Shown here: positions 39,763 to 49,931 of the stretch, piece after piece
Layout of the letters: every line of letters begins with the position of its first letter
Position numbering within the stretch: position 1 is the first letter of the stretch
Assembly: GCA_964594215.1 (NCBI GenBank)
Contig: CAZQLN010000002.1
Coordinates: 105,855-169,854 of the forward strand
DNA length: 64,000 nucleotides
Direction of reading: 5' to 3'
Origin: an uncultured Bdellovibrionales bacterium
GTDB taxonomy: Bacteria > Patescibacteriota > Minisyncoccia > Moranbacterales > UBA1568
The notes under the pieces: generated by a model
Databases searched by the model: none
What the model saw: the letters and a program-made list of their open reading frames with translations, nothing else
Told to the model about the DNA's origin: nothing
Position numbers and translations under genes: made by a program

Positions 39763-41090
39763 GCCAAACGTTGCCACCGCGCTTTAAGGGCTTCTTGATA
39801 CGTTGGTTTTTTGATCGTAGCTGTTACTGTTTCGAGCCTTTTGATAAGGTCACCCCACTCTTCCTTGTTACACAAGAACTGGTCTTCAGAAACTTCAATG
39901 CTCACATCATAGGTGTCGACTCGTTTACAAGAAGCTACCTTATCCCTCAAAAAGTCTCTTCTCTCAAGAAAGTCCGCCTCAAAAATCTCTTGTTCTGGTC
40001 TTTTGACAAAAAGAGCTCTGATACTCTTCCTTTCTTTTTCTTTATCTTTATAGAGTCTTATTTCATCTTCTAGAGTAGTTACTTCTTGTTCAAGAATTTC
40101 AAACTGAGCTCTCTTCAACTCAGCTTCTTCAAAAAGATTGTTCATCTGTTCTTCTTCTTGGAGCTCCTCTTCTGCTGATTCCTCTGGCTCAGCCGATTCT
40201 GTATCGATCACCTCTTCTGCTGATGCAGTATTACGAATACCACACTCACCATTGACCGAGCCCTTCTTATTGCCATTGAAGGTATTCCCTGAAGCCTTTA
40301 CCGAAGCTCCAAAGAAGGCTCCACCCGTACCCTGAGGATTTTTACAATCCACTCCGAAGTTACCATTGCCTGAAAATGTATTCCCTGTGAGAATGAATTT
40401 GCCCGTCTTCATTCCTCCACCCCCACCATAGGACTGAAGAGCTAGTCCACTGGCACTGTTACCACTGAAAGTGTTCCCGCTCAATGTGAAGTTACCTCCA
40501 TTGATAATCACTTCTATTCCACCTTCTTTATTATTCGTGAAAGTACTCCCTGTAATAGATCCTCCTGTCCCGGCATGCATATCCAAACCCTCTTCTTGAT
40601 TGTTAGAGACACTGGTGGCTGACATTCGTAACTGTTTGCCGCTCAACAGAAATATCCCCTTGCGATTCTGCCGAATGCGAGAATTGATTACCGTAAGCGT
40701 TCCCTCTCCCTTGGGAGCAAAAATACCAGCATCACTGGCACCGGTCACGGTTACATTTTCCAAACTAACCGTTGCCCCTTTTTCGATACTGATCGCAATT
40801 GTCTTACCATCAACGGTCACATTCTTGAGACTAGATCCATCGGCCATACTGATATCTCCTGTGATCACTGCTTTATCAGGGCTACTTCCCGTCACATGAA
40901 CCCCCTTAGGAATTCGCACTGACTCCTTCTCTTTACCAGAAAATTGGATCTCCTTCTTGCCAGATTTGAGGGCCTTGCTCAGGTTAGCACTTTCATCACC
41001 AAGAGCTATTGGTGCTCCAAAGAAAAACAAAAAAATCCCTACAAGAAGGGTTCTTCTGATAAACGCCTGGTTCTCTCTTCGGCTGTTCAT
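39732..41090 (-). CDS. Secreted right-handed beta-helix repeat protein with acidic coiled-coil C-terminal region
   Basis: Signal peptide; repeated G-N-x-F-x-G-N beta-helix turns (TGNTFSGNGNFG...); EEEE-rich coiled coil. Confidence 0.55.
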   Translation of the reverse strand: MNSRRENQAFIRRTLLVGIFLFFFGAPIALGDESANLSKALKSGKKEIQFSGKEKESVRIPKGVHVTGSSPDKAVITGDISMADGSSLKNVTVDGKTIAISIEKGATVSLENVTVTGASDAGIFAPKGEGTLTVINSRIRQNRKGIFLLSGKQLRMSATSVSNNQEEGLDMHAGTGGSITGSTFTNNKEGGIEVIINGGNFTLSGNTFSGNSASGLALQSYGGGGGMKTGKFILTGNTFSGNGNFGVDCKNPQGTGGAFFGASVKASGNTFNGNKKGSVNGECGIRNTASAEEVIDTESAEPEESAEEELQEEEQMNNLFEEAELKRAQFEILEQEVTTLEDEIRLYKDKEKERKSIRALFVKRPEQEIFEADFLERRDFLRDKVASCKRVDTYDVSIEVSEDQFLCNKEEWGDLIKRLETVTATIKKPTYQEALKARWQRLAQVFLPRLVW

Positions 41091-41130
41091 ATGGCTCTAT
41101 GGTGCCCTATCCAAAAAGAAAAAACAACCC

Positions 41131-43383
41131 CTAGATTTTCTTGAGAGGAGCCACACCCGCCATCATTTTCTTCACACCTGCCCGCTTAAAGGCAATGGTC
41201 AAAAGCGAACCCTCAAAACTGACAATGAGTCCACTGCCAAACTGGGGGTGCTCTACCATATCGCCCGGCCTCAAATCCTCTGTTCGAGTGCTCTCAAAAA
41301 CACTCTTGTCAGCTGTTTTTTCTTGATCTTGAAATTTCTGAAAACGTGCCGCTGTCTGATTGGTTGCCCCAAAAGACGTTTTGCGAGCAAAAAAAGTTTT
41401 TTTGGCACCCAACATCCCCCCCTGAAAAAAATCCTCCTCAATAATAAGATTTTCTGGAATTTCATCAATAAAGCGTGAGCGGGGATTAATTTGAGTACTC
41501 CCAAAAATCGTACGACTATCTGTATGAAGTAAGTATACCTTTTCTTTGGCGCGAGTGAGAGCGACATACATCAGTCTGCGTTCTTCTTCCATTTCCTGAG
41601 GAGAAAGGGTGCTTCGCGAATGTGGAAAGATTCCTTCTTCAAGTCCAATAATAAAGACTTGGGAAAATTCTAGTCCTTTTGCGCTATGCACGGTCATTAC
41701 CTGAACAGCGTCAGCTTCTCGATTCAATTCATCGGTATCAGAAGAAAGAGCTACCTGCTCAAGCAACATATGGAGAGCATCTACCAAGACTTCCTCTTTA
41801 AATTTTTCAGCCAGAGAGAAAAGTTCTTGCACATTATTGATTCGATCCTCACCTTCAGGGGTACCGTCTTCGAGCGTCTTAAGGTAACCACTTTCTCTCG
41901 CCACGGTATCAAGCAGTATCGAAAGGGTCAGAGCATTATCTTTTACCAATGCCTGCCATTTCAAAAAAAGATCTCTGAACTCGGCTAGAACCTTTGTTTT
42001 TGACTGCTGGATAATCCCCTCTTGCGTCAGGGTAGCAATCGTTTGAAGAAAATCTTGACCCGATTCTTCGGCGACTCTTCGCCATTTTTCTAGACTAACT
42101 TTACCTATACCTCGCTTCGGTATATTGATAATGCGCTCAAGTGCCAAAAAATCTTTAGGGTTTACCAAAAAGCGCACATAGGCCACCATGTCCTTGATTT
42201 CTTTGCGCTGATAAAACTTAATCCCTCCCACAATACGGTACTGAATCGAAAGACGTAGAAACATTTCTTCCAAAGCGCGTGATTGAGCATTGGTACGATA
42301 GAGAACAGCAAAATGGTTATACGGAATACCATTTTTCTTAGCAGTAGCGATGGTCTCTGCTACGAAACGCGCTTCTGCCTCCTCATCACTCGCCTGACAG
42401 AGCGAGACAAGCTTCCCTTCTTTTTGTTCGGTCCAAAGTTTTTTGTGGCGCTGATCTCGATTGCGCACGATTACTCCCTGCGCTGCATCTAGAATTACCT
42501 GTGTCGAACGATAGTTTTGATCAAGAGTAATCACTGTTGCTTCTGGATAGTCTTTTTCAAAATTAAGAATGTTTCTGATATCAGCCTGACGCCACCCATA
42601 AATGGACTGATAGTCATCGCCAATAACAAAAATATTTTTATTCTTTTTTGCTAACAAATGAATAAAGAGATACTGTGGCGAATTGGTATCCTGATACTCA
42701 TCTACCATGATGTACTGAAATTGCTGCTGGTAACGCGAAAGCACTTCGGGATACTTCTGAAAGATAGTCACCACAAAACGAATAAGGTCATCGAAATCAA
42801 GTGCATTATTACGTTTGAGTTCTTGTTGATACGCTTGGTATATTTTCCCAACTATTTCTTCAAAATAACTTCCTGCTTGAGCTAGATACTGTTCCTCATC
42901 AATAAAAGCATTCTTCGCTCGCGAAATAGCCTCCATCAGTGCGCGTGGACGTATCTGATCAGCATCAATATCAAGTTTTTTCATCACCTGCTTAATCAGA
43001 GACTGCTGATCCTGATCATCAAAAATCTGAAAATTCGTATCGTAACCTAACACCTGAACCTCTCTTCGAAGAATACGGGCACATAGGGTATGAAAGGTTC
43101 CCATATGTGGTGTTCCCCGTACTACTATGCCTTCGTTTCTGCCAGCCTCCAGAAGCTTCTCGATGCGTTCCTTCATTTCTTGAGCTGCTTTGTTGGTAAA
43201 AGTAACTGCTAGAATATTTGAACCCATTACCCCCTCAACAGCCATTAGATAGGCGATACGGTGAGTGAGAGTTTTTGTCTTGCCTGAGCCAGCTCCAGCC
43301 AAAATCAAAACCGGGCCCTTAGTCTGCCTGACTGCCCGTTCCTGCTCACTATTAAGACCACTTTGCCAAAAAGGTTTCTGCAT
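41131..43383 (-). CDS. pcrA: ATP-dependent DNA helicase PcrA/UvrD
   Basis: 750 aa, Walker A AGAGSGKTKTLTHRIAYL, helicase motifs II-VI. Confidence 0.9.
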   Translation of the reverse strand: MQKPFWQSGLNSEQERAVRQTKGPVLILAGAGSGKTKTLTHRIAYLMAVEGVMGSNILAVTFTNKAAQEMKERIEKLLEAGRNEGIVVRGTPHMGTFHTLCARILRREVQVLGYDTNFQIFDDQDQQSLIKQVMKKLDIDADQIRPRALMEAISRAKNAFIDEEQYLAQAGSYFEEIVGKIYQAYQQELKRNNALDFDDLIRFVVTIFQKYPEVLSRYQQQFQYIMVDEYQDTNSPQYLFIHLLAKKNKNIFVIGDDYQSIYGWRQADIRNILNFEKDYPEATVITLDQNYRSTQVILDAAQGVIVRNRDQRHKKLWTEQKEGKLVSLCQASDEEAEARFVAETIATAKKNGIPYNHFAVLYRTNAQSRALEEMFLRLSIQYRIVGGIKFYQRKEIKDMVAYVRFLVNPKDFLALERIINIPKRGIGKVSLEKWRRVAEESGQDFLQTIATLTQEGIIQQSKTKVLAEFRDLFLKWQALVKDNALTLSILLDTVARESGYLKTLEDGTPEGEDRINNVQELFSLAEKFKEEVLVDALHMLLEQVALSSDTDELNREADAVQVMTVHSAKGLEFSQVFIIGLEEGIFPHSRSTLSPQEMEEERRLMYVALTRAKEKVYLLHTDSRTIFGSTQINPRSRFIDEIPENLIIEEDFFQGGMLGAKKTFFARKTSFGATNQTAARFQKFQDQEKTADKSVFESTRTEDLRPGDMVEHPQFGSGLIVSFEGSLLTIAFKRAGVKKMMAGVAPLKKI

Positions 43384-43464
43384 ACTGCTATTTGATAACT
43401 TTGCTAGTCTAGCACACCTCTCAATTATACCCTCTTAATAAGCCTCATATGCTACTATTAAGGT

Positions 43465-45120
43465 ATGAAAATAAGTCATTCTCTCGCTAAAATACTCTCT
43501 ACGATCGAAAATACCCCTCAGACACCCTTAGGTTTTCTGGGTGCTTTTAGCATGCTCATCGTACTGCGTCTCACTGTTGAAGGAGCCCTTGGTCTTTTTG
43601 AACTTAAAAGTTTCCAGGGTCTTTTTGTTGAGTTTAGTCATACCTTTCTCTTTTTCCTATTTGCCTTTATTCTCTTTTTACCCCTCCTCTCATTCTTAAC
43701 TAAAGAGTCTATCGAGCGAACCGTCAATGTCCTCCTTTTTGGGTTTTTTATTATCCTCACCCCTCCCATTGTAGATACCCTCCTTTTTGGTCAGAATGGC
43801 TTTTGGAGCTTTTATGAATTTGATGGTTTATTTGGCCTCATCTTACGCTACTTTACTTTTTTTGGGGATACTCCGAGTATCGGTATCACCACTGGGGTAC
43901 GCTTAGAGGTTTTGTTAGTTACTCTGGGAAGCATCGTCTTGATTTACCACAAAACTCGATCCCTTCTCCGAAGCCTCGGCGGCGGTGTTTTGATGTATTC
44001 ACTTTTTTTCATCCTAGGGACCTTTCCTTCATGGATTACCATCGTTCTTGGAGTTTTTTCACCTGGTATTTTGGAGGTAACTGAAATTTCAGTAGCTCGA
44101 CTCTTCCTCACTCCGGAAAATATTCTTTCTCAACAACTCCTCGATATCCGCAGTATTCTTGGCATCAAGATGAGTCTCTGGTATGCCCTGCTCACTCTCT
44201 TAAGTATCAGCCTGTTTTTCTGGCATCATCGCAAAGAACACTGGTTAGCCCTTTACCACAATGCGCGTTTTCCACAAGTGTTTTACCACGCGGGTCTTGT
44301 GTGTGTTGGTGCCCTGCTTGCTATCCATTATGAAGACCTCTCCCTCCCAAGTGGTCACTTTTCTTACCTTGCCTTTTTTATTCTCATATTAAGCGCTGTG
44401 TTTGCCTGGTTAGCCTCGGTCGTTGTGAATGATATCTATGATACTCGGATTGATACAAAAACTAACCCCAAGAGACCCTTGGTCACCGGAGTAATCGATA
44501 TCATGAGTTATCGAGACTACGGTATTCTCTTTTTTCTAACCTCTATCCTCTTTGCTGGTCTCGTTAACACTCAAGCTCTTCTCCTGGTGATAAGCTATCA
44601 AGTTTGTGCTTGGGTATATTCAGTACCTCCTTTTCGACTCAAGCGTTTTCCCGTTATCGCCACCATCTTTGCTGCTTCTGCTAGTATGTTGCTGCTTGTG
44701 GCTGGGTACCTCAGTGTCAGTGAAGCTCATTCTCTCAACCTCATGCCTAATCACCTCCTTCTCTATCTCTTGTTCTTTTTAACACTCATGCTTCCACTTA
44801 AGGATTTCAAAGATATTGCTGGAGATAAAGCCGATAATGTCTACACTGTACCGGTAATCCTTGGTGAACTCTGGGCCAAACGAGTCCTTGGTAGCCTCCT
44901 CTTCCTTATCTTTGTTTTAAGTCCATTTATTCTTAATAGTCCCTCTCTGTTTCCCCTCGCTCTCTTTCTCGGCAGTGTTGGTTTTTGGATAATCCAAAAT
45001 GGTACAAGTGATGAAAAGAGCTTCTTCTGTTACCATCTTTTTTCTCGTCTCCTTTTTACTCTTGTCTTTATATATGGTCTACTCGCCACTCTCGGACTTT
45101 ATTTTGGTATCTTCTCCTGA
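43465..45120 (+). CDS. UbiA-family prenyltransferase fused to an extra N-terminal polytopic membrane domain
   Basis: NDIYDTRID (NDxxDxxxD) and DIAGDKAD motifs in the C-terminal roughly 280 aa; preceded by about 270 aa of additional TM helices. Confidence 0.6.
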   Translation: MKISHSLAKILSTIENTPQTPLGFLGAFSMLIVLRLTVEGALGLFELKSFQGLFVEFSHTFLFFLFAFILFLPLLSFLTKESIERTVNVLLFGFFIILTPPIVDTLLFGQNGFWSFYEFDGLFGLILRYFTFFGDTPSIGITTGVRLEVLLVTLGSIVLIYHKTRSLLRSLGGGVLMYSLFFILGTFPSWITIVLGVFSPGILEVTEISVARLFLTPENILSQQLLDIRSILGIKMSLWYALLTLLSISLFFWHHRKEHWLALYHNARFPQVFYHAGLVCVGALLAIHYEDLSLPSGHFSYLAFFILILSAVFAWLASVVVNDIYDTRIDTKTNPKRPLVTGVIDIMSYRDYGILFFLTSILFAGLVNTQALLLVISYQVCAWVYSVPPFRLKRFPVIATIFAASASMLLLVAGYLSVSEAHSLNLMPNHLLLYLLFFLTLMLPLKDFKDIAGDKADNVYTVPVILGELWAKRVLGSLLFLIFVLSPFILNSPSLFPLALFLGSVGFWIIQNGTSDEKSFFCYHLFSRLLFTLVFIYGLLATLGLYFGIFS

Positions 45121-45900
45121 GAGCTGATCAACCAGTATTTGCCATTCTGCAAGTGAAAGTGCTTGAGCACGAATATCTTGGCGTAGACCAAGTTTATCTA
45201 GCAACAGCTCCAATTCTCCTTTTGACTTTCCTGTTAGACTGATGAGGTTGTTAACCAACGTTTTACGTTTTGCTTGAAAACCGGCTTTAACAATACGGAA
45301 AAAACGCTTTTCTTCCTGAATATCCACTAAAGACTTCGGTATAATTTTAATGACCGCGCTATCTACCTTAGGGATTGGAGAAAAGGCAACGCGCGGCACA
45401 AAAAAAAGTTTCTCAACACTTGCGCTATACTGAGCCATAACGCTAAGAAGACTCATATCTCCTGGCTTAGCAGTAAGACGTTTAGCCACCTCATCCTGTA
45501 CCATCAAAATAATCTGCCGTGGCTGAATGCGTAATGCCAGTAACCTACGAATAATAGGTGCTGTTATATAGTACGGTATGTTAGCTACCACTGAGTATGT
45601 CTTGGTTTCTATGTTTTTATCTGTAAGCAGTGTGTCAAGATCGAGATCAAGAATATTTCCCTCAATAAGAGTTAGGTTCTTCCTGTTCCTACCGAGGAGT
45701 GTCTCTTTGAAACGAGGGTCTGTTTCTACGGCGATCACCTCACCCGCCCGCTCTGTCAAAGGAAAGGTGAGAGCGCCAAGACCGGGACCAATTTCTACTA
45801 CTACCTCATCCTTGTCTATGGCGGCTGATTCCAAAATACCGTCAATAAAACTTGTGTCTTCGAGGAAGTTTTGTCCAAGTGATTTTTTTGCCTGCAACAT
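45079..45900 (-). CDS. rsmA: 16S rRNA (adenine1518/1519-N6)-dimethyltransferase
   Basis: KSLGQNFL N-terminus, SAM-binding VVEIGPGLGALT. Confidence 0.9.
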   Translation of the reverse strand: MLQAKKSLGQNFLEDTSFIDGILESAAIDKDEVVVEIGPGLGALTFPLTERAGEVIAVETDPRFKETLLGRNRKNLTLIEGNILDLDLDTLLTDKNIETKTYSVVANIPYYITAPIIRRLLALRIQPRQIILMVQDEVAKRLTAKPGDMSLLSVMAQYSASVEKLFFVPRVAFSPIPKVDSAVIKIIPKSLVDIQEEKRFFRIVKAGFQAKRKTLVNNLISLTGKSKGELELLLDKLGLRQDIRAQALSLAEWQILVDQLSGEDTKIKSESGE

Positions 45901-45914
45901 AACTCTCTCTTTAC

Positions 45915-46847
45915 TTAGTTAGTAATCACTTCCATTTTGACGTTTACCACGCCTTGACCAAGAGAAGCAATTTCTTGAAAGGCCACCTTATCAAGATCAA
46001 TGATGCGTCCACCACCAAAAGGACCGCGGTCATTTATCTTCACGATAACACTTTTCCCATTAGCTGTATTGGTAACCCGTACATACGAACCTATCGGAAG
46101 CCAAGGGTTAGCAGCAGCGAGTGTTCCAGTGTGAGCATACCAGGAAGCTCCCCCTGTATGAGTTTTTCCTACCACTACTTTGGTACCTTGCTTAATGATT
46201 TCTTTAACTGGCTCCTTAGTAACCTCCTTAGAAAGGATGGTTCGGCTCACTTCTTTGCCATCATGGTGAGCGATACGAACCTTGGTAGCTAAGACTCCTT
46301 TCTCTCCTTTTTGTTCCACCTCTTTCTTCCGCCAAGAAAGATTCTCATCTTCTCTTGTCTCTGTCTTAAAAGCAATCGGGGTTTCTTCTATTTCCTCCGA
46401 GATGGTCACTCGAGTGACCTGTACAGCGGTTCCTTCGGAAAGAGCCATCTCCTTAGGTGGTGATACAATATCTGCTTCATTGAGAGTGAGTGGCAATTCT
46501 GCCAAAGCTTCACCAACACCGGCCGCCTTAGTCTTATATTTATCCGTATGACCATCTACTTCAACGCTGAAGCTCCTTTCCCTCACTATCTGGATCTGCA
46601 TACCAGATTTAAGACTCACCTCTTTAGGTGGGAGTATATCATCTCCTGGGTTTACAGAAATACCTTGTTCGTCCAAAAACTCGCTTACTGTTGAAGCTCT
46701 AGAGCTGTTATAAACATATTGATTGCCACCTTCCGAAAGGACAATGCCCGTCTTGTAAGAAAAATCTAGCTGAGCAATCTCTGGCCACCAAAAAAAGTAG
46801 GCTAAACAGCTAAGAATAAGAATAACTAGGCCCGTCTTGTAATACAT
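45915..46847 (-). CDS. YabE/RlpA-like 3D-domain (double-psi beta-barrel) cell-wall protein with DUF348-like repeats
   Basis: N-terminal TM; C-terminal GGASWY...DRGPFGGGRIIDL 3D/DPBB signature. Confidence 0.65.
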   Translation of the reverse strand: MYYKTGLVILILSCLAYFFWWPEIAQLDFSYKTGIVLSEGGNQYVYNSSRASTVSEFLDEQGISVNPGDDILPPKEVSLKSGMQIQIVRERSFSVEVDGHTDKYKTKAAGVGEALAELPLTLNEADIVSPPKEMALSEGTAVQVTRVTISEEIEETPIAFKTETREDENLSWRKKEVEQKGEKGVLATKVRIAHHDGKEVSRTILSKEVTKEPVKEIIKQGTKVVVGKTHTGGASWYAHTGTLAAANPWLPIGSYVRVTNTANGKSVIVKINDRGPFGGGRIIDLDKVAFQEIASLGQGVVNVKMEVITN

Positions 46848-46868
46848 AAGCTTCTTCGAACTGCCCTC

Positions 46869-48389
46869 CTAGTCATTAAAACGGTATTGTAATGCTTCAC
46901 CAAGGTGAAGAGCCTCTATTGTATCACTTCCTTCAAGATCTGCTATGGTACGAGCCACTTTAAGAATACGCATATACCCTCGTGCTGAGAGATGAAGGCG
47001 ATCAACTGCTAAACGAAGCATTTCTTGACCCTCTTCTGCAATCACACAAAAACGTCGCACCTGCTCACTCGACATCTCAGAATTCATATGAATACCTTCT
47101 TGTGCAAAACGTTTTTGTTGCTGTAAGCGGGCATTCTGAACCCGCGCACGAATATCTGAACTCTTCTCTCCGTGCTGATGTTCAACGAGTTTTTCAATTC
47201 TCTGACGAGGTACCTCAATATGGAGGTCAATGCGGTCAAGTAGTGGTCCGGATACTTTTTGGCGATAGCGTTCAGCCTGAAAAGGTGAACAGGCACATGT
47301 CCGCTCACTGTCTCCAGCAAAACCACAAGGGCACGGATTCATAGCTGCTACAAGCATAAAGCGGGCCGGAAACTCAAGAGCTCCTTTGACGCGTGAAACG
47401 GTTACGATACCGTCTTCAAGCGGTTGGCGTAGGCTCTCAAGAACACTTCTGGGAAACTCCGCAAATTCGTCAAGAAAGAGTACGCCCCGATGAGCCAGGC
47501 TAATCTCTCCTGGTCGAGGGTAGCTTCCGCCCCCTACCAATGAGATTGCACTGGCGGAATGATGTGGGGCTCGAAATGGCCGCTCCATAATGAGGGCATT
47601 TTTTGGTAATTTACCGGCTACTGAAAATATTTTCATCACTTCAAGACGCTCGGAAAAATCAAGCTCTGGAAGAATACTCGGCAAGGTTTTGGCCAGAAGA
47701 GTTTTACCTGAACCAGGTGGTCCCACAAAAAGAATATTATGTCCTCCTGAAGCCGCTACTTCAAGAGCCCTTTTGGCTTGTTCCTGACCACGAATATGAC
47801 TCATATCAAACCGATACTCCTTGTCATTCTCAAAGACAATCTCTGGCACATAAGGAGCTATCAATTCTATACCCTGAAGGTGCTTCACGAGCTGCAGAAG
47901 TGAACTGACTGGCACAATAGTAATACCTTCAATGAGGGCTAGCTCCTCCTGGTTATCAATAGGCACATAGAGCTCTTGATACCCTGCCTCTTTAGCAAAA
48001 ATGGCAATGGCGAGTGCGCCGCTTATTTTACGCACCGCTCCATCAAGAGCTAGCTCACCAACAAAAAGTTTTCCTTCCGGCACAAAACTCAGTTGTCCTG
48101 TTGTAAAAAGGATGCCTAGGGCAATTGGTACATCATAAATCGGTGAATTCTTAGGTAAGTCAGCTGGCGCAAGATTGACGGTAATACGTCCTTGCTGATG
48201 CGGCGGACGAAAACTTGAGTTTTTTAAAGCAGCGCTCACTCTTTCCCGTGACTCTTTAATAGCCTGATCAGGAAGTCCTACTAAGGTAAAATTGTGAAGC
48301 CCTTGAGGTAATACATCTACCTCAACTTCTACACTTTGAGCATGGATACCGATTACTGCTGCCGAATACACTCGTGCGGCCATAGGCAT
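46869..48389 (-). CDS. comM: Mg-chelatase-like AAA+ protein YifB/ComM
   Basis: 506 aa; Lon-like N-domain, Walker A GPPGSGKT, ChlI-type C-terminal domain. Confidence 0.85.
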   Translation of the reverse strand: MPMAARVYSAAVIGIHAQSVEVEVDVLPQGLHNFTLVGLPDQAIKESRERVSAALKNSSFRPPHQQGRITVNLAPADLPKNSPIYDVPIALGILFTTGQLSFVPEGKLFVGELALDGAVRKISGALAIAIFAKEAGYQELYVPIDNQEELALIEGITIVPVSSLLQLVKHLQGIELIAPYVPEIVFENDKEYRFDMSHIRGQEQAKRALEVAASGGHNILFVGPPGSGKTLLAKTLPSILPELDFSERLEVMKIFSVAGKLPKNALIMERPFRAPHHSASAISLVGGGSYPRPGEISLAHRGVLFLDEFAEFPRSVLESLRQPLEDGIVTVSRVKGALEFPARFMLVAAMNPCPCGFAGDSERTCACSPFQAERYRQKVSGPLLDRIDLHIEVPRQRIEKLVEHQHGEKSSDIRARVQNARLQQQKRFAQEGIHMNSEMSSEQVRRFCVIAEEGQEMLRLAVDRLHLSARGYMRILKVARTIADLEGSDTIEALHLGEALQYRFND

Positions 48390-48494
48390 ATTCTCTTAAT
48401 GAATGGCTTATCAACGTTTGATTTCAATTCTCAGTATACACCGAAAGATGTCTCTAGACATCCAAGTTGTAGAGTTATTTCGAGTATCCTCAGA

Positions 48495-49472
48495 TTACCT
48501 CTTATTCACTCGGAGGAGCTCTACTACTAGAGCTACTACTTTTTCTTTTTGTTTTGGATTACTCTCTGCGATAAGAAGGGTGATAGCTGTTAGCCCTGAG
48601 GGGTTGATGTTCTGTGCTCCACCTACTCGATACTTCCGAAGAAACCACACAAAAGCAAACGCTCCAGAACGTTTATTGCCATCTGTGAATGGATGATTTT
48701 TGACTACAAAATAGAGTAAATGTGCTGCTTTTTCCTCGAGCGTCGGATACACATCGGCACCGCTAAAAGCTTGCATTACGTTTCCCACGATACCCTCTAT
48801 ACTTCCTGTCTGTCGCTCATGTGCGAAAATATCAGTTGCCTCCCCTTTGCGTATCAACTCTCCTCGAAGTTCTCGTATAGATGAAAGTAATTCTTCCCCA
48901 TTAAGTTTTATTCTCTTCTTTGTTACACCGCTCGCTACAAGGGTATCACGATCATAGGCATCCAACTTCGCCCAAGTCACCGAATATTCCTTAACCAAAT
49001 CCAAAACTACTTTGGGGTCTAGTGTCACATGCGTAGGAAGAAGGGATTGGATATCGTTCACACTAATCAAAAACTGATCGTAGTTTTTGAGAATAATTTT
49101 CTTGTTGATCGTATAGCCCTTGGTCAGGTGCTCCCGAAGTGTCTTCGTCGCCCACTGACGAAACTGAGTGGCTCTCTTGGAATTGACTCTGTATCCTACG
49201 GAGATAATTATATCGAGATTATAATTCTCAATATTTCTCTCAACCCTGCGTTTTCCTTCAGTTTGAACTTGTGCAATTTTTGCACAAGTTGCTCTTTCTT
49301 GAAGCTCATTCTCTTTATAAATGTTTCGAATATGCTTTGTTACAACCGACCTTTCAATACCAAAAATTGTTCCTATCTGAGCTTGTGTCGCCCAAATAGT
49401 CTCCGCCTTGGTATCACCACAAAGCTCTAAGGCCCCACTCTTGGTCTGATAGATAAATACTTTTTCTGACAT
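48495..49472 (-). CDS. RhuM-family N-terminal domain fused to Fic (Fido) domain protein
   Basis: YNLDIIISVGYRVNSKRATQFRQWATKTL (RhuM-like) and Fic motif HPFTDGNKRSG. ORF track start 49535; MSEKVFIYQ is the likelier start. Confidence 0.7.
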   Translation of the reverse strand: MSEKVFIYQTKSGALELCGDTKAETIWATQAQIGTIFGIERSVVTKHIRNIYKENELQERATCAKIAQVQTEGKRRVERNIENYNLDIIISVGYRVNSKRATQFRQWATKTLREHLTKGYTINKKIILKNYDQFLISVNDIQSLLPTHVTLDPKVVLDLVKEYSVTWAKLDAYDRDTLVASGVTKKRIKLNGEELLSSIRELRGELIRKGEATDIFAHERQTGSIEGIVGNVMQAFSGADVYPTLEEKAAHLLYFVVKNHPFTDGNKRSGAFAFVWFLRKYRVGGAQNINPSGLTAITLLIAESNPKQKEKVVALVVELLRVNKR

Positions 49473-49599
49473 TGGTTTTTTGACTACTTTAGTCATAGTT
49501 TTATGTTTACTATACTTACATATATAAGTATACAATATCTTACGGAAAACAAAAACTGCCTTTCAGCAGTTTTTTCACCTCAAAATAAAGAAGGGGCTT

Positions 49600-49923
49600 T
49601 TATTCTATAGGAAAGTCTAACTGTTCCTCAGGGATTCCAATTGATTTTCCATAAGAAATAGCCTCCTGCCAAGTAGACTTATCGGTACTACTTATTGTAA
49701 CTATCTTATCCTTAAAGATAACTCTTATTTCATCTTTTCCAGTTTCCCAAAGGTGGATATACCATGGGCCATCATCTAAAACTTTAGATAGATCTAATAA
49801 TTTTTCTTTCTCAATTTTTACTGAATGCAAAACCCAATCCCCTTCTTGCCAAGTTTTCTCAATATCAAGATCTTTAAGAATACTCTTATCAGTGAGACTA
49901 TTTTCAATGATTATTCCTTTGAA
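49600..49923 (-). CDS. Hypothetical cytoplasmic protein
   Basis: ORF 49600..49992; start trimmed to MFKGIII to remove overlap with the upstream gene. Confidence 0.4.
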   Translation of the reverse strand, partial: FKGIIIENSLTDKSILKDLDIEKTWQEGDWVLHSVKIEKEKLLDLSKVLDDGPWYIHLWETGKDEIRVIFKDKIVTISSTDKSTWQEAISYGKSIGIPEEQLDFPIE

Positions 49924-49931
49924 CATAACTT

